Shown here: positions 39,163 through 48,617 of the stretch, one piece after another
Layout of the letters: each line of letters begins with the position of its first letter
Numbering within the stretch: position 1 is the stretch's first letter
Source of the DNA: an uncultured Gammaproteobacteria bacterium
GTDB taxonomy: Bacteria > Patescibacteriota > Microgenomatia > CAZETR01 > Amesbacteraceae
Assembly (NCBI GenBank): GCA_964518565.1
Contig: CAZFGX010000001.1
Location: 360,409 to 424,408, forward strand
DNA length: 64,000 nucleotides
Reading direction: 5' to 3'
The notes under the pieces: generated by a model
Database searches by the model: none
Told to the model about the DNA's origin: nothing
Seen by the model: the letters and a program-made list of their open reading frames with translations, nothing else
Translations under genes and position numbers: made by a program

Positions 39163-39774
39163 ATGCTCATAATCCACGGTGATAACCAAGTCCAATCTCG
39201 CCAATTTTTTCTGGCTCAAAAACAATCCGCAAAAGCCAAAGGTATAGAACTGGTCGAACGAAATGGTGACCAAATATCTGTGAGTGAAATGGGACAAATA
39301 TTGGGTACCATGACTCTTCTCGGTCAGACTCCGATGCTCGTGCTAGAAAATGTATACAGTCGCCGCCAAAGCGCCGAAAAAAAACAACTTTTAGAGTATG
39401 TAGTCGATCGCCAAACGGAACAAATACTCATTTGGGAAAACAAAGAGCTCACCGTATCGCAACTAAAAGGCATTCAAGCCAGCAATATAAAAGTTTTTCC
39501 TTTGCCCAAATATTTATTTGATTTTTTAGACACACTCACTATTGAATCGTTTCACAAATCTATAGAAACTATGCCAGTCGAACAGGTATTTGCCAGTTTA
39601 GTCACTCGTCTTCACAAGGTCATCACTGGCGAAGGTCGAATCAAAAAGACTTTTTCTGAGAATGATTTATTGAGTAAATATGAACAACTTTTGTATATCG
39701 ATTATGCTCAAAAAACCTCTTCCAGTCCGTTTGATCTCACTTCTGCGCTTGAACTGTGGCTTGTAAAACGGTAA
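39163..39774 (+). CDS. possible DNA polymerase III delta (HolA)-like protein, short form
   Basis: N-terminal pattern MLIIHGDN...LLGQTPMLVLENV resembles HolA N-domain; only 203 aa, so tentative. Confidence 0.3.
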   Translation: MLIIHGDNQVQSRQFFLAQKQSAKAKGIELVERNGDQISVSEMGQILGTMTLLGQTPMLVLENVYSRRQSAEKKQLLEYVVDRQTEQILIWENKELTVSQLKGIQASNIKVFPLPKYLFDFLDTLTIESFHKSIETMPVEQVFASLVTRLHKVITGEGRIKKTFSENDLLSKYEQLLYIDYAQKTSSSPFDLTSALELWLVKR

Positions 39775-39783
39775 TCTAAATTC

Positions 39784-40803
39784 GTGTCAACTGATTCACT
39801 CAATGTTTTGTCTTCCGTAAATGCCTTTCCGCAGCAATGCAGTCAAGTATTGACAGATCTAGCGGAATTTTCCGTCCCCTCAGAGTATTTGCATCTTCAA
39901 AACATTGTTATTTCAGGTATGGGTGGCTCTGCCTTGGGTGGTCGAATTTTAGCCAGTTTGGAACGTCAGGTTCTAAAAGTTCCACTGTTTATTTCTACCC
40001 AATATCATCTGCCAAATTTCGTTGACCAAAATACATTAGTCATCGCATCGTCTTACTCAGGCAACACCGAAGAAACGCTTTCCTCATTAGACGAAGCATT
40101 TGCCAGAAATGCCAAAGTAATTATTCTAGCCTCTGGTGGCAAACTCGCTGAAATAGCCGAACAAAAGCGTGTTCCAAAATATATATTTACACCCAGTCAC
40201 AATCCAAGTGGCCAACCACGCATGGCACTTGGCTACAATATTATTGGCCTGCTACGAATTTTGTCTGTCTGTGATTTGATGCATGACCAGGGGAGTCTTG
40301 CAGATTTAGCTAGTTTTTTGACTTCAAAACAAAAAGATCCCCAAATCGAATCACTTGCAACCACCTTGTTAAACAAAATACCAGTCTTAGTCAGCAGCGA
40401 ACATCTCCAGGGTGCAGCCATTGCGTTTCGTAATCAAATAAATGAAAACGCCAAATGTTTTGCCACATATTTCGATCTTCCAGAACTGAACCATCATCTC
40501 ATGGAAGGTCTGACGCACCCAACCTCCAATTCACAAAATTTATGCTTTGTTTTGGTTGAATCTGACAAATATCATCCTCGTATCAAAAAACGTTACCAAT
40601 TAACCAAACAATTACTAGCCAAACAAAATATTCCTACTGTCTCGTTCTCAGTTTCAGCTATCTCGACACTATATGAAACCCTCCAGCTCGTCCAAGCTGG
40701 TGCTGCAGTCGCATACGCACTGTCTCAAAAAGAACAAACAGATCCTGGCCCCATACCCTGGGTAGACTGGTTTAAAGACGAAATGGCCAAAAGTACAAAT
40801 TAA
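39784..40803 (+). CDS. pgi: SIS-domain bifunctional phosphoglucose/phosphomannose isomerase-type glucose-6-phosphate isomerase
   Basis: SIS motif ISGMGGSALGG, second SIS half; sits in glycolytic gene run. Confidence 0.65.
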   Translation: MSTDSLNVLSSVNAFPQQCSQVLTDLAEFSVPSEYLHLQNIVISGMGGSALGGRILASLERQVLKVPLFISTQYHLPNFVDQNTLVIASSYSGNTEETLSSLDEAFARNAKVIILASGGKLAEIAEQKRVPKYIFTPSHNPSGQPRMALGYNIIGLLRILSVCDLMHDQGSLADLASFLTSKQKDPQIESLATTLLNKIPVLVSSEHLQGAAIAFRNQINENAKCFATYFDLPELNHHLMEGLTHPTSNSQNLCFVLVESDKYHPRIKKRYQLTKQLLAKQNIPTVSFSVSAISTLYETLQLVQAGAAVAYALSQKEQTDPGPIPWVDWFKDEMAKSTN

Positions 40804-40806
40804 TAT

Positions 40807-43098
40807 ATGAAATACATTAAATGGTTTTCCGAACTTCATAAAAACGATGTAGATATCGCTGGCGGCAAAGGCGCCAATTTGGGCGAGCTAACATCTGCCA
40901 ATATTCCGGTACCTCCAGGATTTGTCGTTCTATCTACTGCGTATTTCTATTTTCTCGACCACAACAATCTTCGGCCCAAAATCAAAGAAGTGCTCTCTGG
41001 CTGTGATGTAAACAATCCTGATCAGCTCAAAAAAGCTGCCGACAGTGTTCAAAAGCTATTAGCTTCTGGTGAAATGCCTAGTGATCTGTCTCAAGAAATT
41101 ATCACCAGTTATCACGAACTGGCCAAACAGCATCGTGGACATATGGAAAATTTAGCTGTTGCGGTACGTTCTTCAGCCACAGCCGAAGATTTACCAGACG
41201 CTTCGTTCGCTGGCCAACAAGAATCATATTTAAATATTAGCGGCGACGCGAATGTGGTTCTCAAAATTCGTGAATGCTGGGAGTCATTATTTGGTCAGCG
41301 GAGTATTTTTTACCGAGTACAAAAAAACTACGACCATTTCAAAGTCGGTATCGCTGTACCCATCCAAGCTATGATCCAGTCCGAAGTTTCTGGAGTTATG
41401 TTCACAGTCGACCCGATTAGCAAAGACAAAGACAAATTAGTCATCGAAGCCGTCTGGGGATTGGGAGATTATATTGTCCAGGGTGTGGTTACCCCGGATC
41501 ATTTTGAAATCTCCAAGTCTCAATCCAAAATTCTTGGCAAACAACTTAGTACTCAAGAGGTCAAAGAAATCCGCAATAGTCAGGGAGTAAAACAAGAAGC
41601 AGTGCCAAAAAACGAACAATCTATCCAAAAGATTTCCGATGCCCACGTTTTAGAATTAGCTGAACTCGGTAAAAAAATCCACCAGCATTATTTTTTCCCT
41701 CAGGATATCGAGTGGGCCTATGCCAATAACACCCTCTATATCACTCAAGCCCGACCCATCACCACCCTGGGCGACGAATCAGCTAAAGCCACTACCCCTA
41801 AAAACCCCACCATTTCCCTACAAAAACTGCTTACTGGTTCCCCAGCTTCCCCAGGGCTAATCTCAGGTCCTGTCCGACTTGTACCTGATATTAAGCAGCT
41901 GGATAAGGTGAAAAATGGGGATATTTTGGTGACTGAAATGACCACGCCAGACTTTGTTCCTGCTATGAAACGAGCTGCAGGCATTATTACCGATCGAGGA
42001 GGACTCACATCTCATGCTGCCATCGTCTCACGCGAGCTGGGTGTTCCGTGTATCGTAGGTACTACCACTGCGACCAAAGCACTCAAAGATGGCATGATTG
42101 TCACCCTCAATGGTTCTACAGGCGATGTATATGCCGGTACGTTGACCAAAACTCAAATGAGCGTGTTGGCTCCCAAAGCTGAGACAGAGTATGAAGATCA
42201 TACTACCGCTACCAAATTATATGTAAATCTAGCCGAGCCCGATCTGGCTGAAAAAATCAGTCAAAAACATGTCGATGGTGTTGGATTATTGCGTGCCGAA
42301 TTTATGATTGCTGGTATCGGGGTTCATCCAAAAAAAATGATAGCCGATGGTAAGTCGGATCAATATATCGACAAATTGGCCGAACAGCTTGGCCAGTTTT
42401 GTAAAGCCTTTTTCCCTCGACCTGTCATCTACCGAGCCACAGATTTCAAAACCAATGAGTACCGCAGTTTAAAAGGTGGAGAGTTATATGAACCTCAAGA
42501 ATCAAATCCTATGTTAGGGTTTCGTGGAGCGTATCGGTATATTAAAACTCCAGAAGTCTTTGCTTTAGAGCTCGAAGCTATCAAAAAAGTTCGTAACAAG
42601 TTGGGTCTCACCAATCTCTGGCTAATGATCCCTTTTGTTTCTACTGTCAATGAAATGACAGAGGTCAAAAAATTAGTCGCTGGTGCCGGCTTGTATCGTT
42701 CCGCTACCTTCAAACTATTTATGATGGTCGAAATTCCTGCTAATGTCATATTGTTGGATCAATTTATCGACGTTGGTATTGATGGAGTGTCTATCGGTAG
42801 TAACGACCTAACCATGTTGACACTTGGTATCGACCGCGACAATTCTGAAGTAGCGCCAAATTTCGATGAACGTAACCCTGCTGTCATGTGGGCACTAGAA
42901 AAAACCGTCCGCACATGTGCTCAACGCGGCATTATGTGTGGAATTTGTGGCCAAGCTCCTTCAGAATACCCCGAACTTGTAGAAAAGCTGGTAGAGTGGG
43001 GAATCACCAGTATTTCTATCAATCCCGATGCCATTGCTCGAACCCGTGATACCATCTTTCATGCGGAACAAAAATTTATTTCCAAAAACAAAAAATGA
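40807..43098 (+). CDS. ppsA: phosphoenolpyruvate synthase / PEP-utilizing enzyme (pyruvate, water dikinase)
   Basis: N-terminal ATP-grasp motif GGKGANLGEL, phosphohistidine domain GGLTSHAAIVSRELGVPCIVG, C-terminal PEP-utilizing TIM barrel. Confidence 0.85.
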   Translation: MKYIKWFSELHKNDVDIAGGKGANLGELTSANIPVPPGFVVLSTAYFYFLDHNNLRPKIKEVLSGCDVNNPDQLKKAADSVQKLLASGEMPSDLSQEIITSYHELAKQHRGHMENLAVAVRSSATAEDLPDASFAGQQESYLNISGDANVVLKIRECWESLFGQRSIFYRVQKNYDHFKVGIAVPIQAMIQSEVSGVMFTVDPISKDKDKLVIEAVWGLGDYIVQGVVTPDHFEISKSQSKILGKQLSTQEVKEIRNSQGVKQEAVPKNEQSIQKISDAHVLELAELGKKIHQHYFFPQDIEWAYANNTLYITQARPITTLGDESAKATTPKNPTISLQKLLTGSPASPGLISGPVRLVPDIKQLDKVKNGDILVTEMTTPDFVPAMKRAAGIITDRGGLTSHAAIVSRELGVPCIVGTTTATKALKDGMIVTLNGSTGDVYAGTLTKTQMSVLAPKAETEYEDHTTATKLYVNLAEPDLAEKISQKHVDGVGLLRAEFMIAGIGVHPKKMIADGKSDQYIDKLAEQLGQFCKAFFPRPVIYRATDFKTNEYRSLKGGELYEPQESNPMLGFRGAYRYIKTPEVFALELEAIKKVRNKLGLTNLWLMIPFVSTVNEMTEVKKLVAGAGLYRSATFKLFMMVEIPANVILLDQFIDVGIDGVSIGSNDLTMLTLGIDRDNSEVAPNFDERNPAVMWALEKTVRTCAQRGIMCGICGQAPSEYPELVEKLVEWGITSISINPDAIARTRDTIFHAEQKFISKNKK

Positions 43099-44351
43099 AA
43101 ATCTCTCAAGTATATGCCCGAGAAATTATTGACTCTCGTGCCAATCCTACAGTTGAAGCCGCAGTTTTTTTAGATAATGGTGAATATGGTGTTGCTTCGG
43201 CTCCTTCAGGTACATCTGGCAGCTATGAATCCGAAGAACTCCGTGATGGTGATCTTAATCGTTATTTAGGTATGGGTGTACTCAAGGCAGTTGGTCATGT
43301 AAATAACGAAATCAATCATGCCTTAGTAAATCAATCGTTCGACAGTCCGTTTCAATTAGATAACGCCTTGATCACTCTAGACGGCACACCAAACAAAACA
43401 AATCTGGGAGCCAATGCCATTTTAGCTGTTTCAATGGCTGCTACTAAAGCCATGGCTTCTGCTGCCAAGCTACCTTTGTATAAATATATTGCAACACTAG
43501 CTAGTAATACTTCACCACTGTTTATTCCTTCACCAGTTTTCAACATGATCAATGGCGGTCTGCACGGCGCTGGTAATTTGGATTTTCAAGAATTTTTACT
43601 CATTCCTCGTCGAGTGGACACTTTTGCCAATCAACTACAAACAGGAATTATCATTTATCAAACCATCAAAAAATTACTCGCTCGTCGCGGTGCTATTCAT
43701 AGCGTGGGAGACGAAGGCGGATTTGCTCCAAATTTGTTCACAAATCTGGATGCTTTAGAAATCCTCAATGAAGCAATTGTTGAGACTCGCAAGCAACCTG
43801 TCACAGATGTAGAACTAGGTCTCGATGTAGCAGCAGACACATTTTATAAAGATGGTAGGTACACGATCAAAGACCGTTCCTCGCCTATGGAAACCGCCGA
43901 GTTTATCGAATATTTACGTGATTTAAACAACGAATATCATTTGCGACTTCTGGAAGACGCATTACACGAAGACGATTGGCGTGGTTGGACCAGTCTAACT
44001 GCCGAGCTGGGAAATCAGCTAACAGTCGTCGGTGATGACTTACTGGCTACAAACAAAGAGCGCGTCGCAAAAGCGATCAATGAAAAAGCCTGTTCAGCAG
44101 CGATTATCAAGCCAAATCAAATCGGAACCATTACAGAAACACTCGAAGTGGTCAAACAAGCCCGCAATGCCGGTTGGAAAATTGTCGTCTCTCATCGCTC
44201 AGGTGAAACGATGGATACTTTTATTGCCGATTTTGCCGTAGGTGTCAGTGCAGACTATGCCAAAATGGGCGCCCCAGCCCGAGGAGAACGTGTAGCCAAA
44301 TACAATCGCTTCTTGAGTATCGAATCAGAGCTGATGCAAAATAAAAGCTAA
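43095..44351 (+). CDS. eno: enolase
   Basis: N-terminus MKISQVYAREIIDSRANPTVEA; IKPNQIGT and SHRSGETMD motifs. Confidence 0.95.
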   Translation: MKISQVYAREIIDSRANPTVEAAVFLDNGEYGVASAPSGTSGSYESEELRDGDLNRYLGMGVLKAVGHVNNEINHALVNQSFDSPFQLDNALITLDGTPNKTNLGANAILAVSMAATKAMASAAKLPLYKYIATLASNTSPLFIPSPVFNMINGGLHGAGNLDFQEFLLIPRRVDTFANQLQTGIIIYQTIKKLLARRGAIHSVGDEGGFAPNLFTNLDALEILNEAIVETRKQPVTDVELGLDVAADTFYKDGRYTIKDRSSPMETAEFIEYLRDLNNEYHLRLLEDALHEDDWRGWTSLTAELGNQLTVVGDDLLATNKERVAKAINEKACSAAIIKPNQIGTITETLEVVKQARNAGWKIVVSHRSGETMDTFIADFAVGVSADYAKMGAPARGERVAKYNRFLSIESELMQNKS

Positions 44352-44359
44352 CACCCCAA

Positions 44360-44380
44360 CCCCTCTTAATTTAAGAGGGG
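44360..44380 (+). repeat. perfect palindrome CCCCTCTTAA-T-TTAAGAGGGG (hairpin; likely eno terminator and left boundary of DUF559 insert)
   Basis: 10-bp inverted arms directly after eno stop, 4 nt before DUF559 ATG. Confidence 0.7.
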
Positions 44381-44384
44381 CAAT

Positions 44385-44768
44385 ATGAAAAAAGTATTTC
44401 ATTTCAACAATAAAAATTTATTAGAGCGTAGACGACAATTAAGAAACAACCCATCTCCCCCTGAAATAATGCTTTGGGGGAAAATAAAAAATCGCCAACT
44501 TGGCTACAAATTTATCAGACAATACAGTGTCGACGGGTATGTGATAGACTTTTTCTGTCCTAAATTACATATAGCAATAGAAGTTGACGGAAAATATCAC
44601 CAACTCGAGTCTCGAAAAAAGTATGATATATATAGAGACAAGTGGCTGCTTGCTTTCAATATAAAGACTATTCGCATACCTGCAGTTGAAATTATGAACA
44701 ATGTTGAAAAAGTTATTACTAGTTTGATCCCCCTCTTGAATCAAGAGGGGGGTGGGGGGGTGTTATGA
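44385..44768 (+). CDS. DUF559 endonuclease-domain protein (Vsr/restriction-endonuclease-like fold)
   Basis: 127 aa; motifs EIMLW, GYKFIRQYSVDGYVIDFFCP, IAIEVDGKYH typical of DUF559. Confidence 0.7.
   Translation: MKKVFHFNNKNLLERRRQLRNNPSPPEIMLWGKIKNRQLGYKFIRQYSVDGYVIDFFCPKLHIAIEVDGKYHQLESRKKYDIYRDKWLLAFNIKTIRIPAVEIMNNVEKVITSLIPLLNQEGGGGVL
44729..44760 (+). repeat. palindrome CCCCCTCTTGA-A-TCAAGAGGGGG followed by G6TG7 homopolymer tract
   Basis: near-copy of the 44360 palindrome at the 3' end of the DUF559 gene, overlapping gpmI RBS/start. Confidence 0.7.
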
Positions 44769-46408
44769 CTCATCTAAAACCCGTAGTTCTGGCTATCTTA
44801 GACGGTTGGGGAATCGCCCCTTCGGGTGAGGGCAATGCTATTAGTCTGGCCAAGACGCCAAACATGTCCAAATTTTGGAGTGCATTTGTCCACACCCAAC
44901 TTATCGCTCATGGGGAATCTGTCGGACTCCCTAAGCGCGAACCGGGTAACACAGAAACAGGTCACTTAAATATTGGCGCAGGCAGTATTATTTACCAGGA
45001 TTTGCCTAGAATAAATATGTCTATTGCCGATGGCAGTTTCTTTCAAAACCAACAGCTCCAAGCTGCTGCCGCTCATGCCAAAAAATTTAATAGCGATGTA
45101 CATTTGTTGGGTTTGGTTGGTGGTGGTGGAGTTCATTCAGATTTGTCACATTTTTATGCGTTAATTCGCTTTTTACATGAACAAAATATCAACAATGTCT
45201 ATATTCATGTCTTCACAGATGGTCGAGATTCCCCACCCTCATCAGCAATCACCTATATCAACCAGCTCGAATCAGTTTTAAACCAGGAAAAAACTGGAAA
45301 AATTGCTTCTGTCATGGGCAGGTATTACGCTATGGATCGTGATTTTCGCTGGGATAGGACAGCCAAAGCCTACGAATGTCTGACGCATGGCACTGGCAAA
45401 TCAGCCGAATCTGTCCAGCAAGCTGTCTCAAATGCTTACTCCCAAAATTTAACCGATGAATTTATAGAACCAACAATTATCACTAAAGAAAAAAACATCC
45501 CCTTGGCACTGATCAAATCGAACGATGTGGCAATATTTGTTAATTTTCGTATCGACCGTCCTCGTCAGCTCACAAAAGCCTTTGTTCTAGACGACTTTGA
45601 AAATACTGCCAACACCGTCGGTTGGGACCCTTTTGCCACCAAATACCAAAAAAAACATGTCGCTGAAAATGAATCATCAAGTCGCCCCAAGCCTTTTACC
45701 CGAGGTTCAAAAATAGACAATCTCTTTTTTATTACAATGACTGAATATGAAAAAAATCTACCAGTCCAAATTGCCTTTCCACCTCAAGCAGTAGACAACC
45801 CCGTCGCACGAGTAATATCCGAACATGGACTACGCCAAATACACATGTCGGAATCCGAAAAAGAACGTTTTGTTACCTATTACTTCAATGGTCTGCGTGA
45901 CGCACCGTTTACAAGTGAAGAACATCTCATTGTCCCATCCCCAAAGGTACCTACATATGACAAAAAGCCAGAAATGTCTGCACGTGAACTCACGACTCAA
46001 GTAATAGACAAAATTACTTCCCAGGCGTACGACTTTATTGTGGTCAACTTTGCCAATCCGGATATGGTTGGCCACACAGGCAATATTCCAGCAGCAATTA
46101 AAGCTTGTGAAACAGTCGATGAGTGTATCGGTAAAATTGCAGATACTGTTTTAGCTATTGGTGGCGCTCTATTTGTCACGGCCGACCATGGCAATGTCGA
46201 AGAAATGATCAATCTGACAACAGGTCTGTCAGACACAGAGCACAATGCCAATCCAGTGCCAGCAATTATTGTTTCCAAAGAGACTCAGACCGCGTCACAA
46301 GTGCCTCAAGGTATTCTGGCCGATGTTGCCCCCACACTGCTTCATCTACTCCAGATTCCTATCCCCATCACTATGACTGGTCGCAATCTGCTTGGGAATA
46401 TACACTAA
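44765..46408 (+). CDS. gpmI: 2,3-bisphosphoglycerate-independent phosphoglycerate mutase
   Basis: N-terminus VVLAILDGWG; metalloenzyme motifs (TADHGN, SHVGH-like) and size. Confidence 0.9.
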   Translation: MTHLKPVVLAILDGWGIAPSGEGNAISLAKTPNMSKFWSAFVHTQLIAHGESVGLPKREPGNTETGHLNIGAGSIIYQDLPRINMSIADGSFFQNQQLQAAAAHAKKFNSDVHLLGLVGGGGVHSDLSHFYALIRFLHEQNINNVYIHVFTDGRDSPPSSAITYINQLESVLNQEKTGKIASVMGRYYAMDRDFRWDRTAKAYECLTHGTGKSAESVQQAVSNAYSQNLTDEFIEPTIITKEKNIPLALIKSNDVAIFVNFRIDRPRQLTKAFVLDDFENTANTVGWDPFATKYQKKHVAENESSSRPKPFTRGSKIDNLFFITMTEYEKNLPVQIAFPPQAVDNPVARVISEHGLRQIHMSESEKERFVTYYFNGLRDAPFTSEEHLIVPSPKVPTYDKKPEMSARELTTQVIDKITSQAYDFIVVNFANPDMVGHTGNIPAAIKACETVDECIGKIADTVLAIGGALFVTADHGNVEEMINLTTGLSDTEHNANPVPAIIVSKETQTASQVPQGILADVAPTLLHLLQIPIPITMTGRNLLGNIH

Positions 46409-47029
46409 AATTGTCACCTCGCCCTTCAGCTGTGCAATGTCACTCGGGTCATCGTTGTACAAAATAAATCGTTCGTGAAACTTCGTCAGCTCATTTGCAA
46501 CGACAATGTCTGCATCAGGATATGTAGTACGCAGTGTTTCAAGAGTTTTCACCAATCGTACTGGAGATTCAAAAAAAATGTTCGTGGCTTCAGGTAGCAA
46601 TGAATATTTTTTGTCCCAAAAACCCCAAAACAAAAATCTATTACTTGGTAATCCTGCCGCCGATAGAGCAGTGGTGACAGCAGACACCCCAGGAATAGGT
46701 ACTACCTTCACCCCTAGCTCCAAAGCCCGTCTGACGATTTTAAACCCGGGATCTGATATGAGTGGTGTACCTGCATCGGAGACAAGTGCCACATCCTCTG
46801 CGATCAATACGGCCATAAGTTTGTCGACCTGATCTCTTTCATTCCAGTCTCGGATAGATAAATACTGTTTTGAGATCGGTGCATCTTTTGCTAAGAGTTT
46901 GAGTAGTTGTCCAGTCCGTCGCGTATCCTCGCAGGCAATCACGCGTGTAGCCAACAAAATGTCTCTGGCTCGCAAGGTAATATCTTGCAAGTTGCCGATA
47001 GGTGTTGCTACCACGTATAATGTCCCCAT
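46346..47029 (-). CDS. rsmI: 16S rRNA (cytidine1402-2'-O)-methyltransferase
   Basis: N-terminus GTLYVVATPIGNLQDITLRA...IACEDTRRTGQLL; convergent 63-nt overlap with gpmI 3' end. Confidence 0.85.
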   Translation of the reverse strand: MGTLYVVATPIGNLQDITLRARDILLATRVIACEDTRRTGQLLKLLAKDAPISKQYLSIRDWNERDQVDKLMAVLIAEDVALVSDAGTPLISDPGFKIVRRALELGVKVVPIPGVSAVTTALSAAGLPSNRFLFWGFWDKKYSLLPEATNIFFESPVRLVKTLETLRTTYPDADIVVANELTKFHERFILYNDDPSDIAQLKGEVTILVYIPKQIATSHSDGDRNLE

Positions 47030-47666
47030 GAGCCAGATTATAGACCTAGTTCATCATCTTCTAAAACCGGAAAACTTTTTAGTCTCACTCGGTCCTTGGG
47101 CGGTCATTGCGGTCACAGCCATCGTATTTGCCGAATCTGGACTCTTTTTTGGCTTCTTCTTGCCTGGGGATAGTCTGTTATTCACTGCCGGACTTTTAGC
47201 ATCTCAAGGCTATGTAAATATATTTTTACTATTAGTCTGTAGTTTTGCCGCTGCAGTCTTGGGCGACAATGTTGGCTATATGTTTGGCCACAAAGTCGGG
47301 CCCAGAATTTTTGCCCGCGAAGACTCAAAGTTATTCAAAAAACATCATTTAGAAGCCGCCAAAAAGTTTTATGAAAAACACGGCTCCAAAACTATAGTTT
47401 TAGCTAGATTTGTCCCATTTGTTCGCACATTTGCCCCAATCGTTGCTGGTGCTGCCCAAATGCCATACCGGACATTTATGACCTACAATCTATTAGGAGG
47501 ACTGCTTTGGGCCGTTGGTCTTACCCTCATGGGGTATTTCTTGGGCAATATTCCCTTTATTCGTCAACACAATGAAACCATTATTATAATTATCATTTTA
47601 GTTTCCGTGGTTCCTGTAATCACCCACGCAATCCAAGCGAAACTCGATTCCAAAAAAACTCACTAG
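47028..47666 (+). CDS. DedA/SNARE-associated family membrane protein
   Basis: motif ESGLFFGFFLPGDSLLFTAG; start set at MSQIID abutting the rsmI start. Confidence 0.75.
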   Translation: MSQIIDLVHHLLKPENFLVSLGPWAVIAVTAIVFAESGLFFGFFLPGDSLLFTAGLLASQGYVNIFLLLVCSFAAAVLGDNVGYMFGHKVGPRIFAREDSKLFKKHHLEAAKKFYEKHGSKTIVLARFVPFVRTFAPIVAGAAQMPYRTFMTYNLLGGLLWAVGLTLMGYFLGNIPFIRQHNETIIIIIILVSVVPVITHAIQAKLDSKKTH

Positions 47667-48298
47667 TTACTAGCACTAAATTTTCGTATCACTCCCACAC
47701 ATCGGCCCTGGATTTTTACTTTGGTCACAAAAATAGGGGACATCGTAGAATTTGCTGGTTCCAGTCTTACTCGTGTTGCTTCTTTGTAATAGCGTTTTAA
47801 TGTGGCAAAACCATTGTCCAAAAGTGCTACGACTACATCACCATTTTTAGCATCTTCCACTTGTTCTATTACTACATAATCTTTGTCATATATTCCTGCT
47901 TCAATCATTGATTCTCCTTTTACTTGCAAGACAAAACAACGTTTTTTGCTATTGATCATACTAGGTGGTACAGCAAAAGTAGCACTTGGATCAGTAAATG
48001 GTTCTATTGGTTGTCCAGCAGCAATAAAACCCATAACAGGCAGGTCAATTGCTGCTACTGATTGCGTCCGATCAGCAGCTTGTTTGTCTAATATTTCTAT
48101 ACCTCGTACCGAGCCGTCAAATCGTTTGATTACCCCTTTACGTTCCATGGCTTCCAAATGTTCGTGAACTGTTGCCAGTGAAGACACTCCCAATGCTTTA
48201 GCAATTTCTTGTAGAGTTGGGGAGTAACCATTGGTTTGGATATATTGAGCTACAAAATCCAAAATCTGTCTTTGGCGATTATAGAGTGTGACTGGCAT
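47663..48298 (-). CDS. lexA: LexA repressor
   Basis: N-terminal wHTH (LQEIAKALGVSSLATVHEHLEAMERKGVI) and S24 peptidase domain (VKGESM...K). Confidence 0.85.
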   Translation of the reverse strand: MPVTLYNRQRQILDFVAQYIQTNGYSPTLQEIAKALGVSSLATVHEHLEAMERKGVIKRFDGSVRGIEILDKQAADRTQSVAAIDLPVMGFIAAGQPIEPFTDPSATFAVPPSMINSKKRCFVLQVKGESMIEAGIYDKDYVVIEQVEDAKNGDVVVALLDNGFATLKRYYKEATRVRLEPANSTMSPIFVTKVKIQGRCVGVIRKFSASN

Positions 48299-48329
48299 AC
48301 CCTTAATCTACCCGAAGAAAAACCAAATG

Positions 48330-48584
48330 TCAACTACCCAGATGCTCAAATTCTCGTTTAGTTACATAACTAGTATCCAACACTTCTACTACTCGATCAA
48401 TAATTGACTCGGACATATCTTTTAAATCTTCTTTTGTAGCAAATTGCTCTAGATCTTTTTTAGTGGCAAACCGTTCCAAGTCCTCCTTTGTAGCAAAAGT
48501 GTCAAATCGTTTTTCTAGACTCAGTCGAAAATCTGCCAATGCTTCTAGTAATTGTTCTTGAGTCAACGGAGCCTGTGGAACCAT
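48330..48584 (-). CDS. hypothetical protein (84 aa) with three tandem 9-aa repeats (FATKEDLER/FATKKDLEQ/FATKEDLKD)
   Basis: ORF immediately upstream of lexA on same strand; 27-nt DNA repeats each containing TTTGNNNCAAA; coding status uncertain. Confidence 0.4.
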   Translation of the reverse strand: MVPQAPLTQEQLLEALADFRLSLEKRFDTFATKEDLERFATKKDLEQFATKEDLKDMSESIIDRVVEVLDTSYVTKREFEHLGS

Positions 48585-48617
48585 AAAACTATATTACCAG
48601 ATCTGTATAATGAAGTC

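Noticed and set aside
48400-48480. 27-nt tandem direct repeats (possible CRISPR-like array?)
   Set aside because: Only three units, contiguous without spacers, in frame within an ORF, and no cas genes nearby. Not a CRISPR array.
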